A stretch of DNA of 64,000 bases from contig OZ024740.1 in assembly GCA_964016885.1 (NCBI GenBank), positions 97,030,001 to 97,094,000 on the forward strand, given 5' to 3'. Source of the DNA: Eledone cirrhosa. Taxonomy: Eukaryota. The stretch's first letter is position 1; each line of letters opens with the position of its first letter. The position numbers were made by a program, and so were the translations under genes. This document shows, one piece after another, positions 37,365 to 51,137 of this stretch. The notes under the pieces are model-generated. The model made no database searches. It worked only from the letters and a program-made list of their open reading frames with translations, and was not told the origin of the DNA.

Positions 37365-39035
37365 CACATCAATTCTTACTACACCTCTATTTCGCCTATC
37401 CTATTAAATAAGGCTCTTATTAGGGCCATGAACAATAGCGACCTGACTAGATCCCAAATTGATGTCATACTTGCGGCCCGAAAAACCATAATCACATTTG
37501 AAGAACAATTATGGACCCGCAAGGATTAGCATAACAACTTCGACATAACCATGGGATGTAGTGACTCGGCGCAGGTCACCGATTTGGTGGGCCTATACCT
37601 ACTTAATGAAATCCATAAGAACCTACCCTACCTCAACGGTGGTTTATACCGCGATGATGCGCTTCTTCTCATAGACTATAACAAATTTAATATAGAAAAA
37701 ACTAAGAAGCAGTTACACAAAATGTTCAAAACCTACAACTTACGTATCACCTTAGATAAAAACACTAAAAACGTCAACTTCTTTGACGCTACCCTTAGCC
37801 TCGACTCTAGAGTATGCACACCATATCATAAACCTAGCGAAATAATAATTTATGTGAACACCAACTCTAACCACCCTAAATCCATATTAAACTCCATTAC
37901 CAAAGGAATATCTAATAGAATCTCTAATCTATCATATAAGGAAACTATATTTAACAATAATTTACAATACTATAATGAGGCCTTAGCTAAATCAGGACAT
38001 AAGAATGAGATTGAATTCCTACCTATAAAATCACATAGTTACAACATTATTTCTCATAATATGGCCATGAGGAAAAATAGTAAAAACACTGCCCACTATA
38101 ATTCTAGGACGAAGATTAATACCAAACGTAACTCGCACCAAAGTAAACACGATAATAATAATTTAAACAGGGATATGAATACCTAAAAAAATAATAATAT
38201 AGACAAAAATAGAAGGAGAACTAATACATTATTCAATCCCCCTTTCAATCTAAACGTCTGTACCAACTTGCTTAAGGCTTTCTTCTCAATCTTAGAAAAA
38301 TACTTCCCAACCGGCCACAAGTACCGTAGCCTTATCAATAAAAATACAATTGAAATATCATACTCTACCATACCTAACATAGCATACCATATAGCTAGTA
38401 GTAATAAAAGGAAGAATAATAGGTATTTCCAACTAATTAAAACACAACAGGAGGTAAACTTAATACCTGTAAACAATAGTAGTAATAATAGTAATAATGA
38501 TAATAGCATTAATGAAATCAATAACAATACGAATGAAAGGCATCATTACGTTAGCAACCAGAATTATTCACAACATAGGAACCGGCAAGCTAACACCCAG
38601 AATAAATGTAACTGTATAACTAATAGAACTTGCCCCTTAGGTAATAATTGATTAACCAAAGACATCATCTACTCATGCATCGTCAACGCAAACAACTCTT
38701 CTAAAACATATATAGGCTCTACTTCGAACAACTTCAAGACGAGATACAACTCGCACCTCCACTCTTTCAAGAAACACAATCTAGCCAGCTTCACTTCTTT
38801 ATCTAGCTACATACACTCTCTAAAAACTAGGAATAGACCGTTTACACTCCAATGGGAAGTAATAGGTAGGGCCGCATCGTATAAACCACCGAATAAATTG
38901 TGTAATCTCTGCCTTCTGGAGACCCATACTATAATCTTTTCGAAACTAGGCCCCCTGAATAGAAAGTCAGAGACATTTTCCTCGTGCAAACACCGGTACC
39001 GACACTCGTTCCATAACTTTAAACCTAGCTGTTAG
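37365..39035 (+). pseudogene. PLE RT + GIY-YIG in one frame with three in-frame stops
   Basis: INSYYTSI, DITMGCSDSAQVTDLVG, GGLYRDDAL, FNPPF, CNC..CPLGNN*L..IIYSC..TYIGST..FKTRYNSH..CNLCLLE..LNRKSE..CKH. Stops are TAG 37527, TAA 38184 and TGA 38649; the natural stop is 39033-39035. Confidence 0.92.
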
Positions 39036-40362
39036 TATACAACAATGTCAGATTTGAATTCCCCACCACCATTGAAACTACACATCTAGGACTTAGCAAC
39101 ACCCACAACCACAAACCCCTCGACCAACTCTTTCTGCTACACAACTCCTATGCATCTATAACCTTATGCTCTGCATTAACAGTTAGAATTGGACATAGAG
39201 TTACCACCTTGTGATATAACTACAATAGATTAATTATATCTTACACAGTAATGGATATTTGGCACTTGGTATGTAGAGACATTTAATGTAATGTATGAAG
39301 ATGAACTATGTGTGCATTTGAAATTGTATAATTAAATGCTTAAATTACACAACACAATAGTAATAAAGTATATATATACAGTTATAATTAAATATAGAAT
39401 GTAATAGCATTCTATATTAGGGATTGTATTATTGCACATATGGCATATCTACTATGACATATTAACAGCTGTATAATCCTTCATAACATATACCTTGTCC
39501 AGTAATGAATATATAACAACCTAAAGAAACCGTTAATGTATGATAGTAGAATACACTTTATTTAAAATCAGGCATAAATATACAGGGTTATGTAACAGAG
39601 ATCCAATGGTATCACATTATATTGTGTATTAGAACTAAGAATTTTAATAACTGAATTGAACTTAATTAGCTAGTTACCTCCCCTTACGCATTAGCTCCCC
39701 TTATTCACTTCCGGAAATTAACGATTGAAAATTTATCGGTCGATCAAATATGGTCTATGAATATGAATTCATTAAGACTAATTTACAATCCATTGCACTA
39801 ACTAACTTAAAACACTCAATATAAACATTAACTGAAATTTAATTCAACATATGTCATGGAAAAGTATGCAAAAACTGTATGTTTCTCAACACACATTAAT
39901 TTGAAAACCATCAACATTCAACACCCACCATAGACTCTAATACATTAACATTTTTCCTTCAACTGCAGTATTTATTCATCTATATATGCATAATAGCGTT
40001 GCTTGTCTCCTTCTCATGTATATGACTTACGCAGTCACATTATCCATACGCCTGCATATGATTTGTTATCGCACTCTTCCTTTCTCAAAACTGCTTCCTC
40101 AATGCCTCTTTAATATTTGGACTATTCCCTTGTTTTAAATGTTGCATGTATTCCAGTCCGTGCTTTTGATTTTGATTTTAATTTTAATTTTGATTTGAAT
40201 TTGAACTTGAATGTGTGTACAATTACTGTACAATTCTCGTAAAATATATGTCACATTCATTTCACCCTGTAAATACGAAGCTGTTGCTCACAAAATCAAT
40301 TTATATGTATCTATATTATTGTTCAATTGGATAGGATGGTAATTATATGTGCAAACATTGAT

Positions 40363-40414
40363 AATGCTCCGAGGACTCCAAACGAGAGTTTGGAAGAAAC
40401 GATTGTCAGCTATT
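40363..40414 (+). ncRNA. Hammerhead motif in PLE pLTR (CCGA core variant)
   Basis: aatgct CCGAGGA c tccaaac gaga gtttgga a GAAAC gatt GTC agctatt. The inverted copy reads CCGATGA...GCAAC. Confidence 0.65.
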
Positions 40415-40451
40415 AAATGATTTGAACACAACTTTGATAATTCTACAATTT

Positions 40452-40832
<381 letters not shown>

Positions 40833-41028
40833 CGAAACAATTGTAACACGCAATAAATTGAGTCCACATGCATCACTGATTTTTCGTTTTCTTTATACTA
40901 TCTACATTCTAATCTGCTGAATATTGAATGCTAATTTTGGCATACCGCCTATGGAAGCACCATAGTTACCATTACACACAAGTATATACTACGCTCCTCC
41001 ACAAGTAGAGCGCTTACAGCGATCCGCG

Positions 41029-42630
41029 ATGGAAAAATTCAATTACTCTTCTTCCCTGAAAGACATACCGATGCCGTCTGATAACACGTACATGGGCCTG
41101 CTGATATACCACACCAACTCGTTCATCAGACGCATCAGTTGGCGCCCATTTCACCACGACAGGCGGACACAACAAGACGCGCCCAACGCCCCTCAGGACC
41201 GCCTAAAGCGGATATTTAGATCGACAAGACCCCCACCGCATAATGCACAGCTGGAGGAATTTGAAAACCGTATAATCAACATAATTCGTAACATCAAATT
41301 CCATAGGAATAGTGCACGGCGGACGAAATATCTCAAAAGTCTCAGCTCCACCATCAAAACCATGGAAAGATGTCAGGATTTATTGTGCTCTCGGACAAAA
41401 CTGGTAATGCATACGTGCTTAACCGTTTTACATACAACGACTGCCTCGGGAAAGAGATTAGGAAAAACTATAGGACCACAGGACAGACAAATTTAGATAA
41501 AATTAACGCCACGGCAAAAAGTATACTGACGTGGCTAACACTAGATGATAGGACCGAGGTATATGTACCTAGAAAACCACGGATATCTATTAAGAACCAT
41601 AAATTAGACTTTAAAACAAAACTACCTGTTAGGTTAATAGCACCCTCCAAATCTGATCTGATTAGGCAGGACCAGCAAGAATATTATAGATCGGATACTA
41701 CCCGTACTTAGAAACAAAACTAAGCTTAGCCTATGGACCTACACTAAGGAGGTAATTGGTTCTCGTTAATAGGTGTCAAACAACAAGTAAATGTTATTCA
41801 GTTAGACATAGATAGCTATTACGCGTCAGTATCTCCGATACTAGTCAAAAAGGCCCTCATGAGCGCCATGGCCAGATCTAGCTACACTAGGGACGAGACC
41901 AACCTCATAGTAGTAGCCAGAAAGACGCTAATTAGATTCGAAGACAAGTTATGGGAGAGGAGGAACAGACCCTAGAGTGTCGATATAATCATGGGGTCGA
42001 GTGACTCGGCGCAGGTGACCGACCTTGTGGGGATATATCTCATCCATAGGCTAACGGAAGAGATCCCGGGGATCGGAGGTGGAATATACAGAGACGACGC
42101 ACTTTTCACCTTCTGTTCCCTTAACTCCAGTCAGATGGAGTGTATCAGGAAGCGCATATCGTATTTTTTTAAACAACACGTCTTATCCGTGACAATAGAC
42201 CCTAGCACTAAGACGGTCAATTTCCTGGACGTTACCTTGGAAATGAATACGGGCATCCACAGACCGTACAATAAGCCCAACGAAATCCTGCAATATGTGA
42301 ACAGGCAATCGAATCACTCTCAGTCAGTCATAGAAGCCATAGTTAAAGGGGTATCCAAACGCGTATCCACCCTGTCCTCGAACGCAGAAGTGTTTAAACA
42401 GCACGCCAAATATTATAATGAGTCACTGCGCAGGGCCGGTTACACAGACACCATACTCTATACCCCGGACAGAGTAGAGCCGAGTGATGAGGCGTGAAGA
42501 AATGCCAATAGCGGAGGCGCCTCCTTAGGTAGAAGAAATGACCCGGTAACAGTATCCAGGAACACTGATTGCAATACAAATGGCATTAATGACGCAGGAC
42601 CGACCGGAGGTAGTACAAAGGCACCCATAG
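41029..42630 (+). pseudogene. PLE N-terminus and RT, frameshifted, lacking the endonuclease; 5' UTR/pLTR tail at 40832-41028
   Basis: MEKFNYSSSLKDIPMPS..FIRRISWR N-terminus, SDKTGNAY, RLIAPSKSD, QLDIDSYYAS, MGSSDSAQVTDLVG, GGIYRDDAL and NFLDVTL. The upstream 40832-40985 segment matches the pLTR at 45672-45822 and 50470-50538. Confidence 0.9.
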
Positions 42631-42631
42631 T

Positions 42632-43190
42632 AGTCCAGCAATAGCAAGCGATGGGAGGGACCGTCCTTAAGAAGTCCAGTCAAGTCTGAAATGCATAGAC
42701 GGTTGTCCCCTTTGCTTCTGTTGGAGACCACCTGAGGGCATTAGCCACCACCCTGGTGTTTGCATAGCTACGGTTTCCTAAAACCGTATTTCGTTAGAAA
42801 TACGAAATTTCTATACATTTTGTATAAAGCTAAGCTTGAAGCGACATCTTATTTCCTTTCTATTATAAGTTGAGCCTACTTATGCAGCTTCATATGCAAA
42901 TGGAATTAATCACCTCATTTACACAGACGAGAACAATATATTTTCGACTGTTTTAAAGTCCAGCAGTAGCAAGCGGTGGGAGGGACCGTCCTGACGAAGG
43001 CCTGCCCAGTTTAAAATGCATAGACGGTTGTACCCCTTGATTCTGCTGGACACCAACAGAAAACGTAAGCCCCCCCCCCCCCCGGTGTTTGCATAGCTGC
43101 GGCTTCCTAAAACCGTATTTCTTTAGAAATACGAAATTTCTATAAAATATTGTATAAAGCTATGCTTGAGGCGAAATCTTATTTCTCTTC
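42632..43190 (+). repeat. ~322-bp tandem unit (1.7 copies) with degenerate HHR
   Basis: accgtc CTTAAGA..GAAA tgca TA gacggt (~42660) and accgtc CTGACGA..AAAA tgca TA gacggt (42985-43028). The consensus restores a full HHR with palindromic stem III AUGCAU. Confidence 0.75.
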
Positions 43191-43227
43191 TCTCTCTCTA
43201 TATATATATATATAAATATATATATAT

Positions 43228-43515
<288 letters not shown>

Positions 43516-43659
43516 TTTTTTTTAAATAACAGATTAAAGTTTAAGGAAAGAATCGCTGCTTTCACCCTTAACGGGATCTTCTGAAACTTATATATCTGAT
43601 ATATATTTGTCCTTATCGAGCCCTCTTTGAATTTTAGTCTTCAAATTTATTATTATTAC

Positions 43660-43691
<32 letters not shown>

Positions 43692-43775
43692 CATGTATAT
43701 ATAGCATGGTTGCTAGGATGTGTCCATCGGCGGTATGCCAGTTGGGCACTCAATGCTCTTTCGGAGCAGAGTATG

Positions 43776-43853
<78 letters not shown>

Positions 43854-43876
43854 TGTATGTATAGTATATGTGTCAG

Positions 43877-44080
43877 GTCACCAGTTGGTGCTGCTGGTAA
43901 CATGTATCCCAGTACAACCTGTCTCATGGTCGGGTCGTTGGCGACTAAACTGGCAACCCCACCAAGATTTCTTGGTGATTAGGATGACTTTGGACATCCT
44001 GCAGGACTAAAAACAAAACCTGTCAAAGGGCAAAGGAACTCCTGGGAGCTCTTAAGAGCTCTTGGAGTCAATGGCCATCC
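43877..44080 (+). mobile_element. Dispersed repeat, probable LINE (RTE-like) 5' UTR; second copy 48326-48580
   Basis: About 170 bp are nearly identical between the two loci. The second copy continues into ctaggagaaggaaaactctg, a motif recalled from RTE 5' regions. Confidence 0.45.
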
Positions 44081-45070
44081 AAAACCAGCACGGCCCGCCG
44101 AAAGGCGCTGCAGTGCCGGAAAAGTCAACTTCCAGCTACTAGTATGCTGGTAAGCTAGTACAACGTATTTCCAGACGGATAGAGTTGGTCCGTAGCTTTG
44201 GTTAGCGACTACTCTAGTGCTTGCAACACGAGCAATTTGGGCGAGGGTATAAATGCCAGGTTGGTATCTGGCGCAGTGTAACCCACCACACGGAGGAGAA
44301 AGCACCTTCTTCAAGACTTGGCTGGTAAATTCTTTCACATGTGTGTAGTAGTGGCGCCCACACACATTATTAGCTTTTTGAAAAGATGATGGATTTCGCA
44401 ACTAACCGCACCGCGGTTCCTGAATTCTGGAGCATGAGAGTGAGATCCGTCATCTCGACAGTAGTCGACGAATGAATGAATGAATGAATGTTTGGCAATA
44501 TACCGTATGTTTAATTAAACACATTTAGAAGACCATACACTATCAGTTTTAAAGTAATGACTATGTCACTTATTTCTTTTCAGCGAAAGAAGGGATAGAA
44601 GCTGACGGTCTGTTTCACGCTGGTTGGCGTTCATCACACCCACGGACTCCCCTGCTTCCGACGAAAATTATAAAAGCTGGATTCTATAGAATTCCAGTAA
44701 TAACCAGGTGCTGATTATACAGAGCGATTACCGGTCCAGCAAAAATTAGGTATTAGGATTGTTGCCCCGAAATTGTCAAATCTCTTTCGACACACATCCT
44801 GTGGCCTCCAGAACAAAGGAGGGACACATAATGAAAACCTAGTCACCGAGGAGGTCACGGAATGTGTGACGAAAGAGCTTTGACAATATATAAACAGCCC
44901 TCCGGTTCTAAAACCAACCAACCAACCAACAGGAAATGTATAAGGAAGTGAATTGAAAACCAACAGGATCGTGTTTTTATTGACTCCGTGACCCTCCCAC
45001 AGAAATAACAATATCTGTTTCAACACATGTTTTCAGATAAAAAATCTTGCAAAACTAAATCCAATACGAA

Positions 45071-45123
<53 letters not shown>

Positions 45124-45127
<4 letters not shown>

Positions 45128-45627
45128 TGTATATATAATGTATTTTGCAATACACTTTATGCTTAATTAAAAGCATTTTGAAGACCGTATGCTATTGTTT
45201 TAGAGTAGTAACAAACTAAGCATAAAGTGTATTGCAAAATACATTATATATACATTCATATATATATATGGCTATTTCAGAGCTCCAATTCTCATTTTTA
45301 ATTTCTGCCTGACCGGCAAACGCTCTGTATAATCAGTTCCTGATTATTTACTAGAATTCTATAAGAATATAACATCAGTGATCTCAGTAGACGGGGGGTG
45401 GGGGGTGGGGAGTAGTTAGCCTTGATAAGCATCAAAAAATGCAGAAACAAGGCCTTGTCGGCTTTATCTACACCTGTTTGCTGAGATTAAAGTAAGTGAG
45501 TTTGTCACTACTCTAAAACAATAGCATACGGTCTTCAAAATGCTTTTAATTAAGCATAAAGTGTATTGCAAAATACATTATATATACATTCATATATATA
45601 TGGCTATTTCAGAGCTCAAATTCTAAT

Positions 45628-45630
<3 letters not shown>
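45124..45630. repeat. Diverged relative of the 310-bp family (~335-bp unit) with short inverted 5' arm and degenerate HHR at 45418-45463
   Basis: Shares gctatttcagagc..aatttctgcc.gaccggcaa.cgctct and ggtcttcaaaatg with the 310-bp unit. 45124-45212 is inverted relative to ~45505-45600. HHR remnant agcc TTGATAA gcat..atgc a GAAAC aaggcctt GTC ggct. Another relative lies on minus at ~44510-44750. Confidence 0.65.
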
Positions 45631-45671
<41 letters not shown>

Positions 45672-45674
<3 letters not shown>

Positions 45675-46757
45675 CTTGTGTATAATGGTAGCTATGGTGC
45701 TTCCATAGGCGGTATGCCAAAATTAGCACTCAATATTCAGCCGAGTAGTGTAGATAGAATAAAGAAAACGAAATATCAGTGATGCATCTGGACTTAATTT
45801 ATTGCGTGTTACAATTGTTTCGCCGGCAGGTAGCTCGAGACATGGTCCCTGTATAGATCTGGCTGATTTTTCGGCTGCAGGTTCCTTCAGACACGGGTAG
45901 TTCGTTCGGAGCAAATTTTATCACGGGCGTGTTATCAAAAAACACCCTCAAAAATCCTCTTCCACTCTTGTCATGACATTAGCTGTTGTTACTCCACGTC
46001 ATCTTAAGTTCTGGTCAGTATTTACTGCTACACGGGTCATCAGCCATTTTTCGTCCGACACACTTCAATGGAGTCATGCTGGGTTCAGTATCTCACACGT
46101 CTGTTCATACTCCAGAGCAAGCACCCACACATACGAATACACACACAGGCAGACACAGACACATGCGTGCATACACACACATACGCATACATGCGTTGGC
46201 CTCTATATATGTGTATGTGTATTTGTGTATAAATGTATATGTTTATGTACATCTCACAGGAATGTGTACGGATGATTATATATGGAGTATATATACATTT
46301 TATTACTATTATTTTTTTTATTATTTTATCATATATCCATTGTATATATACGTATATGTATGTATGAATGGGTGTACATGTGTGTATATATATATATATA
46401 TATATTATATTGTATACTATATTGATATTTTATATTTTATGTAATGTTATTTTACCGTTATTTTATGGTATATTGTGTGTTTTATTATATAATGTAGAAA
46501 CAATTATATAATTTTATTATATAAAGTAGAAACAATTATATAATGTATTTTTAATTTACGGTTTTGTTTATATATGTATATGTGTAAACATGTGTGTGTA
46601 AGCGAATATGCATATTTGCAGGTGTCTGCATGTGGCAGTCCGTGTGCGTATGTATTAATATGTACATATATATATGTCTGCATGTATATATGTAAGTATA
46701 TGCGTGGGTGTGCGTATGCCTGTAGTGTTTTTTTGTATATATATATGTGTGTGTGTA

Positions 46758-46799
<42 letters not shown>

Positions 46800-46800
46800 C
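45672..46800. mobile_element. Rearranged copy of PLE 3' UTR/pLTR
   Basis: 45672-46190 is the reverse complement of ~50090-50538 plus the 40832-40985 tail. 46197-46745 is a direct copy of ~49180-49680. Confidence 0.75.
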
Positions 46801-46825
46801 ATGTGTGTATGTAATTGTGTGTAAC

Positions 46826-48910
46826 ACAGGCCTGCATAGGCCTGGCAACCACACTGCATGGTCCGCTGCAACTGGGACCATGGACAGGAAATCGACAAAT
46901 CCGGATGGGACACACGCCAGAGAGCACACCCAGTCTGGTTGTAGTCGTACAGCACCGACAGCAGCATAACACAGACCAAAGGGGAATAGACGTATAGCTG
47001 ACCACATAGAACGACGTAACTTTATAACTGTAGGGCACAACACCCTGAGAATCTTGAGAGGGCCATAAGAGATCAAGGCCCGGACATCGGATGCATAAGA
47101 ACTGACAACAGAACTTGTAACTGCAGAGCGGGCACCCGGTGCCCCCTACAGGAAAAATGCCTGATGAAGGATCTAATATACAAGTGTGTGGTTACAACCC
47201 AAAACGCGCATCGCACCTACATCGGCGCAACATCCACGACCTTTAAATCGCGGATGTATAATCACACGAATTACTTCAGGGACAGTAGCAAAAGGCACTC
47301 CACTAGGTTAGCCAACCTGGTGTGGGACGTGAAAGACCAAGGCACTCCGTACGCCTTGGAATGGAGTATCGTTCGCAATGCGAGGTCATATTCGGCCGGA
47401 AGTAGAAAGTGCCGATTATGCCTACACGAGGCCATGGAGATAGTCAGACTGAAAGATGACGCGGTCAACCTGAAGTCTGAAATTATCATGACCTGCAGAC
47501 ACCAGAGAAGATGCACATTTGCAGCATGGAATCCTCCAGGTGGCGCAGCCCGGTGGCATGGGAACGGGTACGCACAGACCCGAACGGCCCAACGGGATTA
47601 AGGGACCTGACGCCATGCCCCGATGACAGTGTGCGACCCGTGAGGCAAACATATGTAAACCAGGGGCACACCCGACCGAGCACACAATATTGGAAGATAC
47701 ATCGCCTGGGCTTGGACCGGCTAACACGTTGCCCACGGCCGCCCGGTCCGATACCCCAAACAAATAGAACAGCACACCCCAGTCACGGTGCCATGCCCCA
47801 TGGCGACCGGGCCGGGCGTCCCCTTGAATGTATATTCCGTAAATCCTGACTATACACTCTCGACATGTTCCACTTTGGAACAATTATTATTACTGTCATT
47901 ATTGTTCTATTATTGTTCTGTTACTGTTCCTTGTTCTATATACGGACCCAAGTTTGCACCTCATACTACTTGTGTGTAGTATATCACATGGATACACTCG
48001 ACTTCTCCTGTACCCCTCCCCCACGTTTTTTATTTACCCCTTTTTTCATGTACATATTTATGAAGTTACATACAGATTTTAATGTATCCTAAAATATTGT
48101 AAATTTATTTATTTTATTTTATTTTATTGGCCTATTGTGTTTATATTTGGGTGTTTTTAGGTGTGGACCTGTGCGTAGGTATATGTATGTGTGAGTGTAT
48201 GTAGATATATATATATATGGGTGTGTATGGGGGGTGTATATGGGAATGTGTACGTATATTCATGAGCTTATGAGAGAGTGTTCGTGCAGGCATGTACACT
48301 TATGTATGTGGCAGAGTGTGTGTGTACTGGTAACATGTATCCAAGTACAACCTGTCTCATGGTCGGGTCGTTGGCGACTAAACTGGCAACCCCACCAAGG
48401 TTTCTTGGTGAGGAGGGTGACTTTGGACATCCTGCAGGACTAAAAACAAAACCTGTCAAAGGGCAAAGGTGCTCTTAAGAGTCAATGGCCATCCAAAATC
48501 ACCGGGAGAGATGACCCCTTAGCCTTTGTCAAGGCAGAATTCTAGGAGAAGGAAAACTCTGTTATGACACCTGCAACCCTGTTGGTATCCAATGATGTTG
48601 ACTTGTTCTTCTTTTTGGTAAATATCATCTTGGTTAAGAGAGTGGGACTGGCTTTGTGCAGTGCCTTTGCTCACTATAAAAGCATCACAGCACAGGCATT
48701 GCTTTATATCTGGAGATCTCTCTGCACTTGTCGTCACATGGTACCATGGGCCCAGCACTATGTGTCAATAATTATCACAAGTGTAGTCTTTGTACCAGAG
48801 TTTACAAGTCGCTGGCTGGACTAAAAAGTCACACTCATTCAGCGCATCAGTAGGGGTACTCCTAAATGGATATAAAGTAGTGGCCGTACTCGAGAACGAG
48901 TTGGCAGCCA

Positions 48911-48959
<49 letters not shown>

Positions 48960-49028
48960 TAAACAAATAATGAACAAACAATTCCTTATATTAAACAAAA
49001 AAAGTTCACTCTTGGTAGATTTATCTAC

Positions 49029-49078
<50 letters not shown>

Positions 49079-49364
49079 ATGCACGTGTAGCTACGTATGA
49101 GTATGTGTGTGTATGTGGATGTGGATGTGTATATATATATGCATATATATATGTGTGGGTGCGGGTGTTTGCCTATGTGGGCCTCTATATATGTGTATGT
49201 GTATTTGTGTATTCATGTATATGTTTATGTACATCTTACAGGAATGTGTACGGATGTTTATAAATGGAGTATATATACATTTTATTACTATTATTTTTAT
49301 TTTTATTTTATCATATCTCCATTGTATATATCCGTATACGTATGTATCAATGTGTGTACACGTG

Positions 49365-49395
<31 letters not shown>

Positions 49396-49750
49396 TACAT
49401 TGTATACTATATTGATATTTTGTATTTTATGTTATGTTATTTTAACGTTATTTTATGGTATATTGTGTTTTTTATTATATAATGTATTTTTTATTTACGG
49501 TTTTCTTTATATATGTATGTGTAAACATGTGTGTATAAGCAAATATGCATGTGTGCAGGTGTCGCATGTGGCAGTTCGGTGCGTATGTATGTATATGTAG
49601 ATATATAAATGTCTGCATGTATATATGTGTGGGTGTGCGTATGCATGTACTGTTTGTTTTGTATATATATATATGTATATATATATATGTGTATGTATGT
49701 GTGTATGGAATTTCGTGTACGTATGTGTATTGTGTATGTATGTGTGTGCT

Positions 49751-49813
<63 letters not shown>

Positions 49814-50535
49814 AGGTATATATGTGTGTGTATGAGTGTATATATGTAAATGTATATAAGGTTGTGCGTAGGTATGTGTGCGCGCGTATGTGTGTATATA
49901 TGTTTATATTTGCGTGGGCCGCGCTTGTCGGACCGAATATATGGCGCAACTTAAGCAGCTGTTAAAAGGCTTGTGGCGGTATGTATATAGAAATGGGTGT
50001 GACTGGGTCCATGGAAGTGAGGGAGAGTGTGTGTGTTTATATATACATATATGTATATGTCTGTGGGGGGGGGGGGGTTTACGCATGTATGCGTATGTGT
50101 GTGTATGCACTCATGTTTCTGGGTCTGCCTCTGTGTGTATATGTGTGTGTGTATTCGTATGTGGGGGTGATTGCTCTGGAGTATGAACAGACGTGTGAGA
50201 TACTGAACCCAGCATGACTCCATTGAAGTGAGTCAGACGGAAAATAGCTGATGACCCGTGTAGCAGTAAATACTCACCAGAACTTAAGATGACGTGGAGT
50301 AACAACAGCCAATGTCATGACAAGAGTGGAAGGGGTTTTTTGAGGGTGTTTTTTGATGATAACACCCAGTGATAAAATTTGCTCCGAACGAACTACCCGT
50401 GTCTGAAGGAACCTGCAGCCGTAGAATCAGCCAGATCCATACAGGGACCATGTCTCGAGCTACCTGCCAGCGAAACAATTGTAACACGCAATAAATTGAG
50501 TCCAGATGCATCAGTGATTTTTCGTTTTCTTTATA

Positions 50536-50540
<5 letters not shown>
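46826..50540 (+). mobile_element. 3' part of a Penelope-like element (linker, GIY-YIG, long low-complexity 3' UTR, pLTR)
   Basis: Endonuclease ORF followed ~2.8 kb later by cgtgt CTGAAGG...GAAAC aatt GTA acacg and AATAAA, then (AT)n. Confidence 0.75.
47116..47601 (+). pseudogene. PLE GIY-YIG endonuclease domain fragment
   Basis: CNCRAGTRCPLQEKCLMKDLIYKCVV..TYIGATSTTFKSRMYNH..LEWSIV..CRLCLHE..VNLKSE..CRH. Confidence 0.9.
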
Positions 50541-50590
<50 letters not shown>

Positions 50591-51137
50591 ACACACACAT
50601 ATATATATACACTTCGTACAATTGATGTAAGGATGTTAGCTCTTGGGTAGTTCCGGCTGGTAACTGATTATGCAATAAATTACTTAAATCACTCACCGTT
50701 GTGCAAATCATCCATCGTAAATGTGGTATCCCGTGGCTGATGCAGGAACGTAGTTAAGTATTCATTATAAACAAATACAAGATGCCGAAAGGGAAATTTA
50801 ATTTAAAATTTTAATCTCGCGAAAGCCCTATGCATATTTCGACGACTCAGCCCTAACATCCTATCATGATGAAAGAACTAGACACTAGACGATTTCATCA
50901 AGTGTTAATTGCAGAATTAGTTACATAATACATTGCGTAGAACAAAAACAATCAAGAAAAGCACCTGCCAATATAATGTTATAGCCGTGGCAGACGAACC
51001 CGAGAATGTATATATATATATCCTAATTCAATATATATATATATATATATATATATAACGAAGGAAATGTGGTAACGAACCACATGCACCATAACGCACC
51101 AAAGTACTCAATACTTAGGGTGGTAGAGTGGGTAATA

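Larger units (their letters stand above)
37265..40450 (+). mobile_element. Penelope-like retroelement, 5'-truncated, with inverted pLTR fragment (37265-37369) and 3' pLTR (~40347-40450)
   Basis: 37265-37369 is the reverse complement of ~40347-40450 and abuts the truncated RT. The element ends in (AT)n. Confidence 0.9.

Noticed and set aside
39036-39300. SECIS element downstream of the PLE ORF
   Set aside because: No AUGA/GA quartet with apical AA could be paired by eye; needs SECISearch.
43979-44401. 140-aa minus-strand ORF
   Set aside because: No motif, overlaps a dispersed repeat, and has a non-ATG start.
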